A stretch of 64,000 nt of DNA from Octopus sinensis (Eukaryota). Location of the stretch: the NCBI RefSeq assembly GCF_006345805.1, contig NC_043009.1:63550001-63614000 (forward strand), written 5' to 3'. The stretch's first letter is position 1. Each line of letters opens with the position of its first letter. The notes beneath the pieces were generated by a model. That model worked only from the letters and a program-made list of their open reading frames with translations, was not told where the DNA came from and ran no database searches. A program made the position numbers and the translations under genes. Of this stretch, positions 1 through 12,250 are shown piece after piece.

Positions 1-201
1 TCAGAGAATCCAGTCCCTACCCCGACAGGGACATCCCACACCCACCCCGGGGGGCACAAGATGTATTCTCTACTATCATCACTTAATACAGTGATCAATC
101 AATCTTGTCGTGGAATAGATTGGCCATGATGACCGCGTTAAACAGAAAGCGAAAGAGGTGGAGAGAAAGAATGTGAGTGTATGTGTGTGTTTGTGAGTGT
201 A

Positions 202-242
<41 letters not shown>

Positions 243-913
243 CAGAGTGAGGTAAGTGGCGGGAAGACATGAGGGAAAGTCAGAGATGGAATAAATGAGG
301 AAGAAAGAGGAGGGAGTAATTAAGAATCAGAAGAGAGAAAAAGAAAGGGAAGTGGCGAAAGAATGAGGCATTTTTTTGAGCCTGAAATTCCTGTGGAAAC
401 CCTAGATTGCTGGGGTTCGTTAACTAATAATGGAAAAGAGACATTTCAAGAGTAAAAAGCAACAGCCCCCAAAATACCCTTCGAATTTGTTATGACCGTA
501 TGCTGACATTTTCTGACGATGATTGATTAATTACTTATATACAAACACCCTCCCTACTTTCAAATGTTTGTCCTCTGCCACCCGTCCTCTGCTACCCGTC
601 TAAATAGCTTTGATAGTGTTTCGGAAGATGTACCAAGGGTCAAACAGCTTTGGAGTTGACCTTCTTCGCTGGAATTTGTTGGAGGAAAGGGTGGGGGAAA
701 TATCTTTGTTTTGCAATGGGTAAAACAAAATTAACATCTGAGGGTTCGGTTACTGTTCGTTTAGTACTGAAGCTGAAAATAGAATGGGGGGTAGCTGGAT
801 ATACATGCCTTTCTGTCCTAGACAACCGAATTACCAAGGGTAGATGAAAATAAATAGGCTTTTTCCACTATTCTAAACACCAGAATAAGTAAGAATAGGT
901 TGAAAACAAATGC

Positions 914-1062
914 AGTGCGTAATTGGTACTTATTTTATCGACCCCGAAAGGATAAAAGGTAAAGTCGACCTCGGTGGAATTTGAACTCAGAACGTAAAGA
1001 CAGACCAAATGCTCCTAAGCATTTTGCCCGGCGCGTTAACGATTCTGCCAGCTCGCTGCCTT
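914..1062 (-). mobile_element. tRNA-derived SINE, family A
   Basis: Matches the recurring consensus GGCGAGCTGGCAGAATCGTTA...CTGAGTTCAAATTCC...GCCTTTCATCCTTTCGGGGTCGAT. Confidence 0.8.
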
Positions 1063-1238
1063 CATACAATGAAATCTATTAAAACTTAAATAGCAGTAAT
1101 AACGTTTTTGCGCGTCATACTGTGGTGAAGGCGCATGGCTCAGTGGTTAGAGCGTCGGGTTCGCAGTCATAAGGTAGTGATTTCGATTTCATGACCAGGT
1201 TTTGTGTTATGTTTTATGGAGTGGAAATCTCTATTTCA

Positions 1239-1385
1239 TGCAGTTCTTTATTTAAGAGATGAGGAATTATGTACATTATTTACATTTGACGGATATTTGT
1301 CCTCATCATGCATATGGCGTAGTGCATAAGAGCACGGGCTACTAACCCCAAAATTCCGAGTTCGATTCCAGGTAGTGACCTAAAT

Positions 1386-1419
<34 letters not shown>

Positions 1420-1570
1420 TCGAAAAATACCTTAGGAATGAGAACCCAGGTTTGAAATTTCCCCTAGACACCAGATGAAGGCTGGAGGGTGTATCAGCCG
1501 AAACGTTGTGTTAACAACAAATAAAATGAGGATAAATATCCGTCAAATGTAAGTAAAGTAAATAATGTAC
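1239..1570 (+). mobile_element. tRNA-headed SINE-like element with hammerhead-like tail (family D, copy 1)
   Basis: Order is: inverted copy of its own 3' end, tRNA-like head with A and B boxes, (TAA)n, hammerhead-like motif at 1468-1511, then tail. It is homologous to 11884-12250. Confidence 0.8.
1468..1511 (+). ncRNA. Minimal hammerhead motif, degenerate core (CAGATGA)
   Basis: Same fold as 12137-12180 but with a U4-to-A change in the CUGANGA core. Confidence 0.55.
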
Positions 1571-2094
1571 TTTATCTCATGTTGCTCCAGTTCACACAGC
1601 TGTAGAAATAAGTTCCGACATCACTAATGCCAAGCTGTATCAGCCTTTGCCTTTCCCATGGACAACATCGGTAGCGTGGACAGGAGAGGCTGGTATGCAT
1701 GGGCGACTGCTGGTCTTCCGTAAACAACCTTGCCCGGATTGCACCTCGGAGGGGAACTTTCTAAGTGCAATACAATGGTCATTTTGACCGAAGGGGGTCT
1801 TTAGCCTTTATATCATACTTAATGCAGATACACCGTAGAAAGCCTAGAAACTGCTTTATTCGTCTCGGAAAAGTATCATGTATAGACGTATAGTGTTAAA
1901 AAAATCACAGAAATACATCGAAAAGTGTCAAAATATAAATAAGTACTGGAGCCAATTTATTTATCTACACCCTTTCAAGGCGGTGCTTCTCCGTGGCCGG
2001 AGTCCAATGACTGCAAGCAAGAAAAAGGTAAAAGGTGTATATGAACAGGTACCTGCTAACTCAATAACTGAAAAGACAATGTCAAGTCGTTTCA

Positions 2095-2403
<309 letters not shown>

Positions 2404-2442
2404 TCACACACAGGGGTTGTGTGTGTAAAGTGTTTCTGTGAT

Positions 2443-2693
2443 TACTCTTTTACTCTTTTACTTGTTTCAGTCATGTGACTGTGGCCGTGCTGGGGCACCG
2501 CCTTTACTCGAGCAAATCGACCCCAGGACTTATTCTTTGGAAGCGTAGTACTTATTCCATCGATCTCTTTTTGCCGAACCGCTAAGTTACGGGGACGTAA
2601 ACACACCACCATCGATTGTCAAGCGATACTTGGTGGGTGGGGACAAACACAGACACACAAACATATACACACACATACATACATATATATATA

Positions 2694-2726
<33 letters not shown>

Positions 2727-2885
2727 CGACGGGTTTCTTTCAGTTTCCATCTACCAAATCTACTCACAAGGCTTTGGTCGGTTCGAGGCTATAGTAGAAG
2801 ACACATGCCCAAGGTGCCACGCAGTGGGACTGAACCCGGAACCATGTGGTTCGAAAGCAAGCTACTTACCACACAGCCACTCCTC
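2443..2885 (-). mobile_element. tRNA-derived SINE family B with an internal (TA)n(TG)n microsatellite
   Basis: Head GGAGTGGCTGTGTGGTAAG...GGTTCAGTCCCACTGCG, then CCTTGGGCA.GTGTCTTC, then a (GAGTAAAA)n tail. Confidence 0.85.
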
Positions 2886-3600
2886 TGAATTATTTATTTT
2901 TTTGCTTTATTTTCCTAAAAAATTTTTCCTAAAATTTTTTACAAAAAATATACCGGTATTTAAAAAAAATTTCATTCAATAAATAATGTTTTTACATTAT
3001 GTATACATGAATAGAATACAGCGTCAGTTTTCTAAATAGCGAATTAAATGAAAACATCAGAAGAAAAAGTGAGACTTAGCAAATACAAATGGAATACTTC
3101 GCAGTGAATGCAATGAATATTTAAATTTGTGAATAACTGGACGCAGTGAATGCAATGAATATTTAAATGTGCGAGAAATTGGAGTTTAAAAAAATTCAAT
3201 AAACTTGAGAAATCGAAATTATAGGAAATTTCTTGGAACATGAATTTATAAAATTATTTCCAGACGATCATCCCTTTAATAATTGCTTTCTTTTGGTAGT
3301 CTTTTCATACCTAATTAATAAGCAGCTTCCTCCATCAAAGTATAGAAGAAGATAGAAGATAGATGTGTCAAATGTGTCATTTAGCGGTGTCGTTGATAAT
3401 TTTTTCCTCACCTCAATGATGCCGGTGACTTATATTAAAAGTCCCTTATAGAACTAGATTCATAAAAAGGTATAGAACTATATTATCACCCTCAAATTTG
3501 AGAAACAAACACTCATAACTTTTTTCTTTTAAAACTTCATTGCATGAGATTGATATCAATGAAATTCCTCGAATTGAACATTTAAGCTTAATTAGAATAT

Positions 3601-4014
3601 TTGTTGGCATCCTTTCTGTCTCAGGAGACAATGGAGTTGCGCATGAAGTAATCTAGTCCGGCTTTTATATTTCATGTCCTGATACATTTCCTGCTGTGGC
3701 TGTGTAGTCCTATCCTGGACAAACACTCCCTCTGGCAGGTACCGCAAACGTAGCGAAGACTGTTCCTGGCTCGTTGTAAAGTCATAGTTTCTTGTTGACG
3801 TCTTTTCTTGTCTTTCCATTTCTCCTCTCTCTCTCTCTCTGTCACTCCTTTGTATTCCCTCTTTTACGGTACGTCGCCATTCTCCACGGTTGCCGGCAAC
3901 TGCCTCCCAACCGCTAATATTGATGTTGCAGGCCTTCATGTCCCTTTTGCAAACATCCTTGTAACGTAAGATCGGTCTACCCACAGACCTAGTACCCCTA
4001 GCAAGCTCTCCGTA
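3601..4014 (-). mobile_element. 5'-truncated RTE-clade LINE
   Basis: Minus strand encodes ILYGELARGTRSVGRPILRYKDVCKRDMKACNINISGWEAVAGNRGEWRRTVKEG, an RTE ORF C-terminus. TAGAATAT flanks both ends (3593-3600 and 4015-4022). Confidence 0.8.
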
Positions 4015-4498
4015 TAGAATATAGTTTGTTTTTAAAATAAAAAAGTTAATTATACTTAAATCTAATTTTTGCTTTACTTATATATATTTTTTCATGATAT
4101 TTTACCTTACAACTTTTTTGATACAAAATTTTGTTGCATGGAGCCAAAGCTATGAAATTCCTCGTGCTTTCTTCTATCATTTAAGCTAAGATAAATGTAT
4201 TTTGCTTTTAAAATAAAAAGGTTATTTAGATCTAAACTTGATTGGTGGCGTTATTAGACTCCTGTAATGTTGCTACAAATTTTGATGGGAACTTTTTTCT
4301 ACAGGATCAAATCTCAATTTTTTAATGCCAAAATATAGCTAGGGACAAGTCCTCTTCAAAATTGTTAACAGTTTTCAATTTGGTTAAGAACTGAATTAGC
4401 GACAAACTCTGAAAGATGCTGCGTGTGAGTAAATGGCGGCCTTAATAATATTTTTCAACTACTACCGTAGTTGAATGATATACATACATATATATTTT

Positions 4499-4595
4499 TT
4501 TTTTCGTAATGAGATAAAAAACCAAGGCTGTGTAGATTTTAGAACATTATAAAATGTTCGACACAGCCTTGGTTTTTTTTATCTCATTACGAAAA

Positions 4596-4597
<2 letters not shown>
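4499..4597. repeat. Short inverted repeat (about 35-bp arms) next to (TA)n
   Basis: TTTTCGTAATGAGATAAAAAACCAAGGCTGTGT pairs with ACACAGCCTTGGTTTTTTTTATCTCATTACGAAAA. Confidence 0.85.
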
Positions 4598-4626
<29 letters not shown>

Positions 4627-4863
4627 AACACTCATAGAAACGTATATGAGACTACGTACATGTATTTGTAGACACTCATTCTACAGATATACGCACGTAC
4701 AACTGAACTCAGATTACATAGCTCTGCAGTGTGAATATAAACTTTCACATGCTTCTATTTTGTTTATAAATATACACGTCTGCTTTGATATATATATACA
4801 TGTGTGTTTATATAGGTGCACATACATGTGTAGGTGTGCATATAAATGTATGTACATATATGC

Positions 4864-4898
<35 letters not shown>

Positions 4899-5234
4899 TA
4901 CATACGTACATACATACACACATACGTACATATTATATATATATATGCATTTATATGAGTGAAATTTTAAGAGGCATTTCATTTTTAAAATGCATCTCCT
5001 CTCTCTCTCTCTATCTATCTATCTTCATATTACTCCCCCGCACCAATTCTATACACCCCTCACGCTGCTTCTTTTCTTCCCAGCCTCTGGTCACTTCACC
5101 ACTACTCCTTCACCTTCCTCTGACGACTTTGGGCCTTTAATTTCTCGCTTCCTTGGGAAAAAATGTACTATATTTCTATCATTATTTTTGACCATTTAAG
5201 GTTGTGAATATTTTCTGTGCACCAAGTTCCAGCA

Positions 5235-5618
5235 TCTCTCTATATATAAACGGCAGTTTGTCTGTGTGTGTTTCTGTGTGTCTGTCAGGTTGTACCCTCA
5301 CCCTGACCACGGCTTTCAACCGATTCTGATGAAACTTGATACACACATAGCCCAATGTCATAATTCAAAACTAACGCAACGAAAATTTTGAAAAGTTCCC
5401 CCAGTTCTGAAAAAAATCGATAAATTCGACATGGGGTTGAGAATCAGAAACACAAACCACAGACTGTCTAGGGGACGCAACTCGACCTTTTAACTCTCAA
5501 AAAAAAATTTACCATCATTTTTTTTCCATTTTTTTGCTATTTTTTGGCTATAACTCTCTAAAAATGCTTTATAGTTATTTCCCTTACAAACCCGAGCAAC
5601 GCCGGGTGATACTGCTAG
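5235..5618 (+). mobile_element. Non-autonomous Helitron
   Basis: Begins TC after an A, has a subterminal hairpin CCCGAGCAACGCCGGG (5591-5606), and ends CTAG followed by T (A/T insertion site, no TSD). Confidence 0.7.
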
Positions 5619-5680
5619 TATTCTTATAAATACATATGTACATGATTGCGTGTGTGTATTTGTGTGAGGATGTGTATGTG

Positions 5681-5763
<83 letters not shown>

Positions 5764-5940
5764 ACGCACGCATGCACATACACAAACACACATACGCGCA
5801 GAAGTTTATATTCTGCTGTTTATTCCTTCCTCCCAAGCAAAATTATGCCCTAAAAAAATCTTTATATTTAAATGTCCATGGCCAATACGCTATCTTTAAG
5901 ATAGCGCGTTAGCTGCTCTTAAGTGGTTGAGTGTCTGCGT

Positions 5941-5971
<31 letters not shown>

Positions 5972-6099
5972 CATGCGCGTTTGTACATGCGTGCATATGT
6001 AAGTATAGTTGTGTGCATGCATATATATATGTGCGTATGTCTTTATGTGTTCGTGCGCGTGCGTTTCTGCATATATGTCAAATATAGGATGTAATAGAT

Positions 6100-6298
6100 G
6101 TAGACACATATGGGAGAGGAACAGACAGACGAGGCTGGATAAAAGAGAACAAAAATATACAGGCAAATACGTAAGAAAAAATGAAGAAAATGTGTAAGAA
6201 GGAAAGGTAGAGAGAAAGGAAGATAAGAGAGAGAGACAAGGCATGACAGAAAGAAGGGGAGAGAGAGAGGTGGAGAGAGAGAAGGCAAGACAGAAAGA

Positions 6299-6337
<39 letters not shown>

Positions 6338-6730
6338 CAAGACAGAAAGCGAGAGAGAGAGAGAGAGAGGTGGAGAGAGAAGGCAAGACAGAAAGAGGGT
6401 GAGAGAGAGACAGAGGGAGAGAGAACAGAAAGAGGGAGGGAAATGAAGAAAATGTGTAAGAAGGAAAGGTAGAGAGAAAGGAAGATAGAAGAGAGAGACA
6501 AGGCAAGACAGAAAGAAGGAGAGAGAGAGAGAGACGGAGAGAGAGAAGGCAAGACAGAGAGAGACAGAGAGAAGAGAAGGTAAGACAGAAAGCGAGAGAG
6601 AGAGAGAAACAGAGAGAGAGAAGGCAAGACAGAGCGAGACAGAGAGAGAGAAGGCAAGACAGAAAGAGGGAGAGATAGAGAGGGAGAGAAGGCAAGATAG
6701 AAAGAGGGAGGGAAATGAAGGAAAAATGAG
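6100..6730. repeat. GA-rich compound repeat with an internal duplication of about 260 bp
   Basis: AAATGAAGAAAATGTGTAAGAAGGAAAGGGTAGAG occurs at about 6179 and 6441. The motif GAGAGAAGGCAAGACAGA recurs. Confidence 0.85.
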
Positions 6731-7079
6731 AACGATGTGGGACGGGGGGTGGATGTGTGTGTAACAAGTAAGATTTTCAAAGCTGAATAGATGTCGTCTG
6801 AAATATTTGAAACGTTGGGAATTCTGGCGGAGGTAGGATCTCATAAAACATGTGTAGCTTTACACTTGCTGCTGGTGGCGCATCCACACACGTGACGTGA
6901 CGTTAGGTGAGAGCGGGGGCTTGTGGGGGGGGTGGAGGAGTGGCGTGGAGCTGACACCGGGGTCACACGTACGAGGAGCAGTCTTCTTCTTCTCCTCGTT
7001 CAACGCTTAACTGTCTACTTTAAAACTAAGGACCCCGCAGCAAAAATTCTCTTACTTGTCCCCCCCACACACACACAGT

Positions 7080-7225
7080 CCCTCACTCTCTCTCTCTCTC
7101 TCTCTCCCTTTTTCTCTTTCTCTCTGTCTCTCCCTTTCTCTCTCTCTCTCTCTCTCTCTACCTTTTTAACTCTCTCTTCATCTTTCAGTCTTTGTCTCTT
7201 TTTCAATCTCTCTCTCTCTTACACA

Positions 7226-7261
<36 letters not shown>

Positions 7262-7361
7262 CCCATTCACTCTATCTCTTTCAATTTCTCTCTCTCTCTT
7301 TCATCTCTCTCTCTCTCTCTCTCGCTCCCATTCACTCTATCTCTTTCATCTCTCTCTCTTT

Positions 7362-7397
<36 letters not shown>

Positions 7398-7631
7398 CCC
7401 ATTCACTCTATCTCTTTCAATCTCTCTCTTTCAATCTCTCTCTCTCTCTCTCTTTCAATCTCTCTCTCTCTCTCTCTCGCTCCCCCATTCACTCTATCAT
7501 CTCTTCAATCTCTCTCTTTCATCATCTCTCTCCTCTCTCTCTCTCCTCTCTCTCTCTCTCCTCTCCTCTCTTCCTCTCTCTCACTCTCTCTCTCTCTCTC
7601 TCTCTCTCGCTCCCATTCACTCTATCTCTTT

Positions 7632-7668
<37 letters not shown>

Positions 7669-7872
7669 CTCTCCCATTCACTCTATCTCTTTCAATTTCT
7701 CTCTCTCTCTCTCTCTCTCCCATTCACTCTATCTCTTTCAATTTTTCTTTCTCTCTCATTCAATCTATCTCTTTCTTTCAGTCTATCTCTCTCTCTCATT
7801 CAATCTCTCTCGCACCTTCAGTCTGTCACCCCCTCCCCTATAATTCTCCTCTCTTTCAATCTCTCTCTGCTT

Positions 7873-7907
<35 letters not shown>

Positions 7908-7930
7908 AGTTTCTCCTTCTCTTCGCCCCT
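7080..7930. repeat. CT-rich compound repeat
   Basis: (CT)n interspersed with a recurring CTCCCATTCACTCTATCTCTTTCAAT. Confidence 0.85.
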
Positions 7931-8169
7931 CCCCCTTTCTCTACCCTTATACTCACACTCACACTTTTACACCCGCACCCACACTCGAATGAAACATAGA
8001 CGCATTCAAGAAATGAAATTCAAAAGTTAATTACTTGGAGACGCCATCTGCATAAAATATGATGAGTTAAGTTAGTCTTCGCATAATTAATGAAGGGGAC
8101 ATTAAAAGTGTAATTACAAATACTTATGTGGTAAGAAACACCCTTAAAGTACAGACACACACCCATACC

Positions 8170-8642
8170 TACATCCCCCACACACATACACACATATACA
8201 TGCATACATATATATATATATATATAAATGTATGTATATATATACATATATATATAAGTATATATATATAAACATATATATATATATATATATATAATAA
8301 TGTATGTATATATATACATTATATATAAGTATATATATATAAACATATATATATATATATATATAATGTATGTATATATATACATATATATATAAGTATA
8401 TATATATAAACATATACTTATATACATATATAATATATATGTATATATATATACATATATATTTATGCATGTATGTGTGTGTATATATATATATATACAT
8501 ACATATGTATGTATGTATGTATATATATACATATATAATAACAATTTAATAAATATGACATATGTATACATACATACATATATGTACATACCTACATCTA
8601 TATGTATATACACATGCATGTATGTATGTATGTATGTATGTA

Positions 8643-8702
<60 letters not shown>

Positions 8703-9015
8703 ATATATATATATATACATACATACATACATACATATATATATATACATACAGTGCAGGTACTGGCTGTGGTGTAAGTGGTGAAAGTTGTGGCGATGGC
8801 TGTGGTTGTGGTGGTGGTGGTAGTGGTGGTGGTGATGGTGGTTGTGGTGGTGGTGGTAGTGGTGGTGGTGGTGGTGGTGATGGTGGTGGTGGCGGCGGTG
8901 GTAGTGGTGGTGGTGGTGGTGGTGGCGGTGGTGATGGTGGTGGTGGTGGTGGTGGTGACGGCGGAGACAGTGGTGGTGGGTGATTATTGTGTCAATGGTG
9001 GTGGTGGTGGTGTTG
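8170..9015. repeat. (TA)n/(TATG)n followed by a (GGT)n microsatellite
   Basis: Seen directly in the sequence. Confidence 0.9.
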
Positions 9016-9646
9016 AGGGGGGAGGGTGTTCGACCGTCTCATTATCGAATAACAGAAAGAAAAAAAAATGAGGCCTTAATATCTCATTTAACCTCTCATT
9101 TATCTCCGTCAATTAAAAGCCATAAAAAATTTCCTAATTTATAGAGCAACATTTTTTTTTTTTTTTTTAATACGGTTTCTCGTCTCATTCTTCCGTACTT
9201 GTGAAAATGTCAAGACAAAATATATTACATGACTTCGTTCGTTTTTGAAAGGTGAACGAACGTAAAGTAACTCGAAGAACCGTCTTTGTTGTTTAACTCT
9301 TTTCAGAAATAACGAGGTAAACCGAGAGATGTTGTGGACACCGACGATATTATTTGACTGAAACTGCCCCATTATTTGTAGACGGACAAGTTTGTGAGGA
9401 AGAGCGGGAACGTACGATCAGTACAGACCACAAATCATCCGTCACGCATCGGTAAGTTTTATTTCCAAACTGATTTTCGTCTTGCTAAGTAGAAGTGCCA
9501 TAGATGCTACTAGAAATAATGGTTTTTAAATTTTGGCAGAAAGCAGTTTCGCGAGGAAGGGGTAAGTCGATTACATCGCCCCCCAAGTATTCAACTCGAT
9601 AGTAATAATAATAATAATAATAATAATGATAATAATAATAATAATA

Positions 9647-9688
<42 letters not shown>

Positions 9689-9854
9689 AACTTTAAAAAA
9701 AAATGAACGTACTAGTGAGTTAAGTTTAATGGCTTACCAATGTATACTATGAGTTTCTTTGCCCTAGGAGTCGGGAATACACTCGGCAAGAAATGGAAGC
9801 AAATTTGAAAGAAGAGGAAAAAAAGATAATAATAATAATAATAATAATAATAAT

Positions 9855-10219
9855 ATGCTTTCTAATTGATGTATCAATACCGGCTGATGACAACGTGTCT
9901 CTAAAAGAAATGGAGAAACTCTCAAAATACAAAGACCTGGAAATAGAGGTAACTAGAATGTGGAATCTGAAAACAGAAACAATTCCTATCATAGTAGGTG
10001 CATTAGGCATGATAAAAAAATATTCAGACAAATACATAACAAAACACCAGGACCTACAAACACATATAACATACAGAAATTGCACTACTAGGCACTGCAC
10101 ACATCCTACGCAGAACACTTTCCATACAATAACCTCAGAGCATCACAACCCATACCCAAGGCACACAGAGCTGCGCTCGGTAGTGAAGTGAAAGCACGCT
10201 ATAAAAATAAAACTACTGA
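9855..10219 (+). mobile_element. 3' fragment of a non-LTR retrotransposon with a restriction-like endonuclease (R4/Dong-like), inside (TAA)n
   Basis: Translates to CFLIDVSIPADDNVSLKEMEKLSKYKDLEIEVTRMWNLKTETIPIIVGALG, an RLE C-terminal motif. (TAA)n lies on both sides. Confidence 0.75.
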
Positions 10220-10258
10220 ATAATAATATAATAATAATATAATAATAATAATAATATA

Positions 10259-10292
<34 letters not shown>

Positions 10293-10610
10293 ATGCCATG
10301 ATGCAGTACCAGGCAGTGGCTCTCATGGCTTCTAATCTTAACTGATTGGAAGTGTTATCATGCAAATATTCTGCTCAATACCACAGATTTGCTTGTCAGT
10401 TGTTTGACCATAACCAGTTGAGCATGTCCCTTTGTGGCTGACGATATGTGCAACTCTGATCACGAGCAGAAGTAGTGGGGGAGCATCATAGCCGTGTGTT
10501 GAGAGGAATTCTTGGAGGTTTGGATAATTCACCCCTGGAAACATGGGTGGTTCGTTCAACATCCATAAACAATCCTTATTCAGTGTCCGTCTGCCTACAG
10601 AGTTAAGTCA

Positions 10611-10898
<288 letters not shown>

Positions 10899-11145
10899 CT
10901 AGATTTGATACCATTTTGTTAAGCTTATATAAAGTAATATTGGAAAATATTATATGGCTATATGACATGAAATGAAAATATTTTGAAAGCCCGTTGAGTC
11001 AAGATAAGAACCGTAAGGTCATTTAAAAATATTGCACTCATGTAAAAGAAGTAATGTCTCTAAGTTACTTCATTACTGACCAGTTATCTGCTGAGTGACC
11101 AACCGATTATCAACTGACCCTAACACTTTACTATATTTGAACAAC

Positions 11146-11354
11146 ACTCTTTTACTCTTTTACTTGTTTCAGTCATTTGACTGTGGCCATGCTGGTGCAC
11201 CGCCTTTAGTCGAGCAAATCGACCCCAGGACTTATTCTTTGTAAGCCTAGTACTTATTCTATCGGTCTCATTTGTCGAACTGTTAAGTTACGGGGACGTA
11301 AACACACCAGCATCGGTTGTCAAGCGATGTTGGGGGGACAACACAGACGCACAA

Positions 11355-11392
<38 letters not shown>

Positions 11393-11657
11393 ACACACAC
11401 ACACACACAACACACGCACACACCACACACACACACCACACACACCACCACACACACACACCCACACACATATATATATAGATATATATATACGACGGAC
11501 TTCTTTCAGTTTCCGTCTGCCAATCCACTCACAAGGTTTTGGTCGGCCCGAGGCTATAGTAGAAGACACTTGCCCAAGGTGCCACGCAGTGGGACTGAAT
11601 CCGGAGCCATGTGGTTGGTAAGCAAGCTACTTACCACACAGCTACTCCTACGCCTAT
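11146..11657 (-). mobile_element. SINE family B
   Basis: Full-length consensus match. Confidence 0.85.
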
Positions 11658-11883
11658 ACTGTCAATGTACAAGGAAATGGAGGTTCAGCTACAAAGAAAT
11701 GTCGAATTTGCTTTTATTGAACACAATTCTGACGATTTTTCGCCAACAGTTTAACTCTTTTGCTCTCTCTCTCGGGCCGCGCTCTCTCGGGCCGCGCTCT
11801 CTCGGGCCGCGCTCTCTCGGGCCGCGCTATCTCTCTCTCTCGCTCTCTCTCGGGCCGCAGAATCGTCTGAACCATATATGCAA

Positions 11884-12029
11884 TACAGCTCTATATTTAA
11901 GAGATGAGGAATTATGTACATTATTTACATTTGACGTAAATATGCTCACGGTCATATGGCGTAGTGGTTAAGAGCGCAGGCTGCTAACCCCAAAATTCCG
12001 AGTTCGATTCCAAACAATGACCTGAATAC

Positions 12030-12088
<59 letters not shown>

Positions 12089-12250
12089 TCGAAAAATACC
12101 TTAGGAATGAGAACCCTGCTTCGAAATTTCCCTCTGACACCTGATGAAGGCTGGAGAGTATATCAGCCGAAACGTTGTGTGCACAACAAACAAGATGAAG
12201 ACAAATATACGTCAAATGTAAATAATGTAAATGATGTAAATAATGTACAT
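11884..12250 (+). mobile_element. tRNA-headed SINE-like element with hammerhead-like tail (family D, copy 2)
   Basis: A box TGGCGTAGTGG at 11957, B box GAGTTCGATTCC at 12000, acceptor-like pair GTCAT/ATGAC, (TAA)n, hammerhead-like motif at 12137-12180. An inverted copy of the tail lies at 11884-11936. Confidence 0.8.
12137..12180 (+). ncRNA. Minimal type I hammerhead ribozyme motif, intact core
   Basis: ACAC-CTGATGA-A-GGCTG[10 nt]CAGCC-GAAA-CGT-T-GTGT. Stem I is ACAC/GTGT, stem II is 5 bp, stem III is the palindrome ACGT, and the cleavage triplet is GUU. Confidence 0.7.

Larger units (their letters stand above)
1123..1810 (+). mobile_element. Host SINE interrupted by family D copy 1
   Basis: tRNA-like head at 1123-1238. 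The core TTTATCTCATGTTGCTCCAGTTCAC resumes at 1571. Confidence 0.65.

Noticed and set aside
3099-3168. Short tandem duplications (also about 63680-63770)
   Set aside because: These are ordinary slippage duplications.
5310-5335. CTGATGA as a hammerhead core (also 33445, 52621, 58034)
   Set aside because: There is no stem II followed by GAAA and no stem I pairing.
8757-8983. Gly/Cys-rich ORF resembling a structural protein
   Set aside because: It is a (GGT)n microsatellite contiguous with (TA)n, antisense within a tubulin intron, with no credible start or exon context.
11765-11860. 15-bp repeat CTCTCTCGGGCCGCG, about five copies
   Set aside because: It is a short simple tandem repeat with no sign of function.
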